DNA of 64,000 bases, taken from assembly GCA_013239625.1 (NCBI GenBank), contig MU054323.1, positions 2,418,001 through 2,482,000 of the forward strand, written 5' to 3'. A model generated the notes under the pieces. The model had not been told where the DNA came from and did no database searches. It saw only the letters and a list, made by a program, of their open reading frames with translations. Position 1 is the stretch's first letter, and each line of letters begins with the position of its first letter. The DNA is from Lama guanicoe. Its lineage: Eukaryota. The position numbers and the translations under genes are program-made. Shown here in pieces: positions 63,621 to 64,000 of this stretch.

Positions 63621-64000
63621 TCCACATAGGTAGTTACATCATCGTCTTGAGAACATTCAGATGAACATTCAAAGGAGCTCATCTCCTTCCTCTGTAGGTG
63701 TCTGATCACAACAGGGTGCCTCAGCCCAGCCTCAGGCGTGAGATCTGGGGCTGAGGGTTGAGACCAACACAGGCTTGGGTCTGACTGTGCTTGCCCATCG
63801 GATGTGCACATTTGAATAAACCCCTCACCCTCTATGGGGTTATGTAGAATGTATGTATGTTTTCTCGTACATATAATGGAAATCATACTGTATCTCTTAC
63901 CACAGGATGAGGATACAGGAGGATAACACATGTAAAAGAACTGGCCTGCTGATTAGCATGATAACAAATGCCGTTTTACAGAGCTTTTAAATTTCTTGCG

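Noticed and set aside
1..64000. CRISPR array, prokaryotic operon or defence system, endogenous viral gene
   Set aside because: No regularly spaced repeat-spacer array, no gene-dense ORFs and no gag/pol/env or non-retroviral viral motifs in any frame examined; the DNA is mammalian and repeat-rich.

Overview
Mammalian (eutherian) genomic DNA, most likely camelid (alpaca/camel). That assignment comes from my recall of the 3' end of the youngest LINE-1 at 41.55-44.24 kb; I also saw no Alu, B1/B2, Bov-tA, PRE-1, Can-SINE or ERE SINEs. I recognise no host protein-coding gene, rRNA, tRNA or CRISPR array. The only clearly protein-like ORFs are broken LINE-1 ORF2 pieces and a decayed Tc2/pogo-type transposase fragment that the ORF track misses. 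The window reads as intergenic or deep-intronic sequence filled with old repeats (L1M, L2, MIR, MLT1, MER3, MER53, MER96, MER119, Kanga-like Tc2). It is AT-rich up to about 44.5 kb and GC-richer after that. The best leads are: (i) a repeat-poor regulatory block at 24.2-28 kb with promoter-like motifs and a hairpin formed by two opposite-strand splice donors; (ii) exon-like cassettes on the minus strand (6.4-7.5 kb, 63 kb) that may belong to an unannotated spliced transcript; (iii) a three-layer nested transposon at 9.9-12.9 kb; (iv) a YADD-type L1 reverse transcriptase. The sequence alone does not demonstrate a new biological system. Repeat family names come from remembered consensus sequences, not a search, and boundaries of old repeats are approximate.
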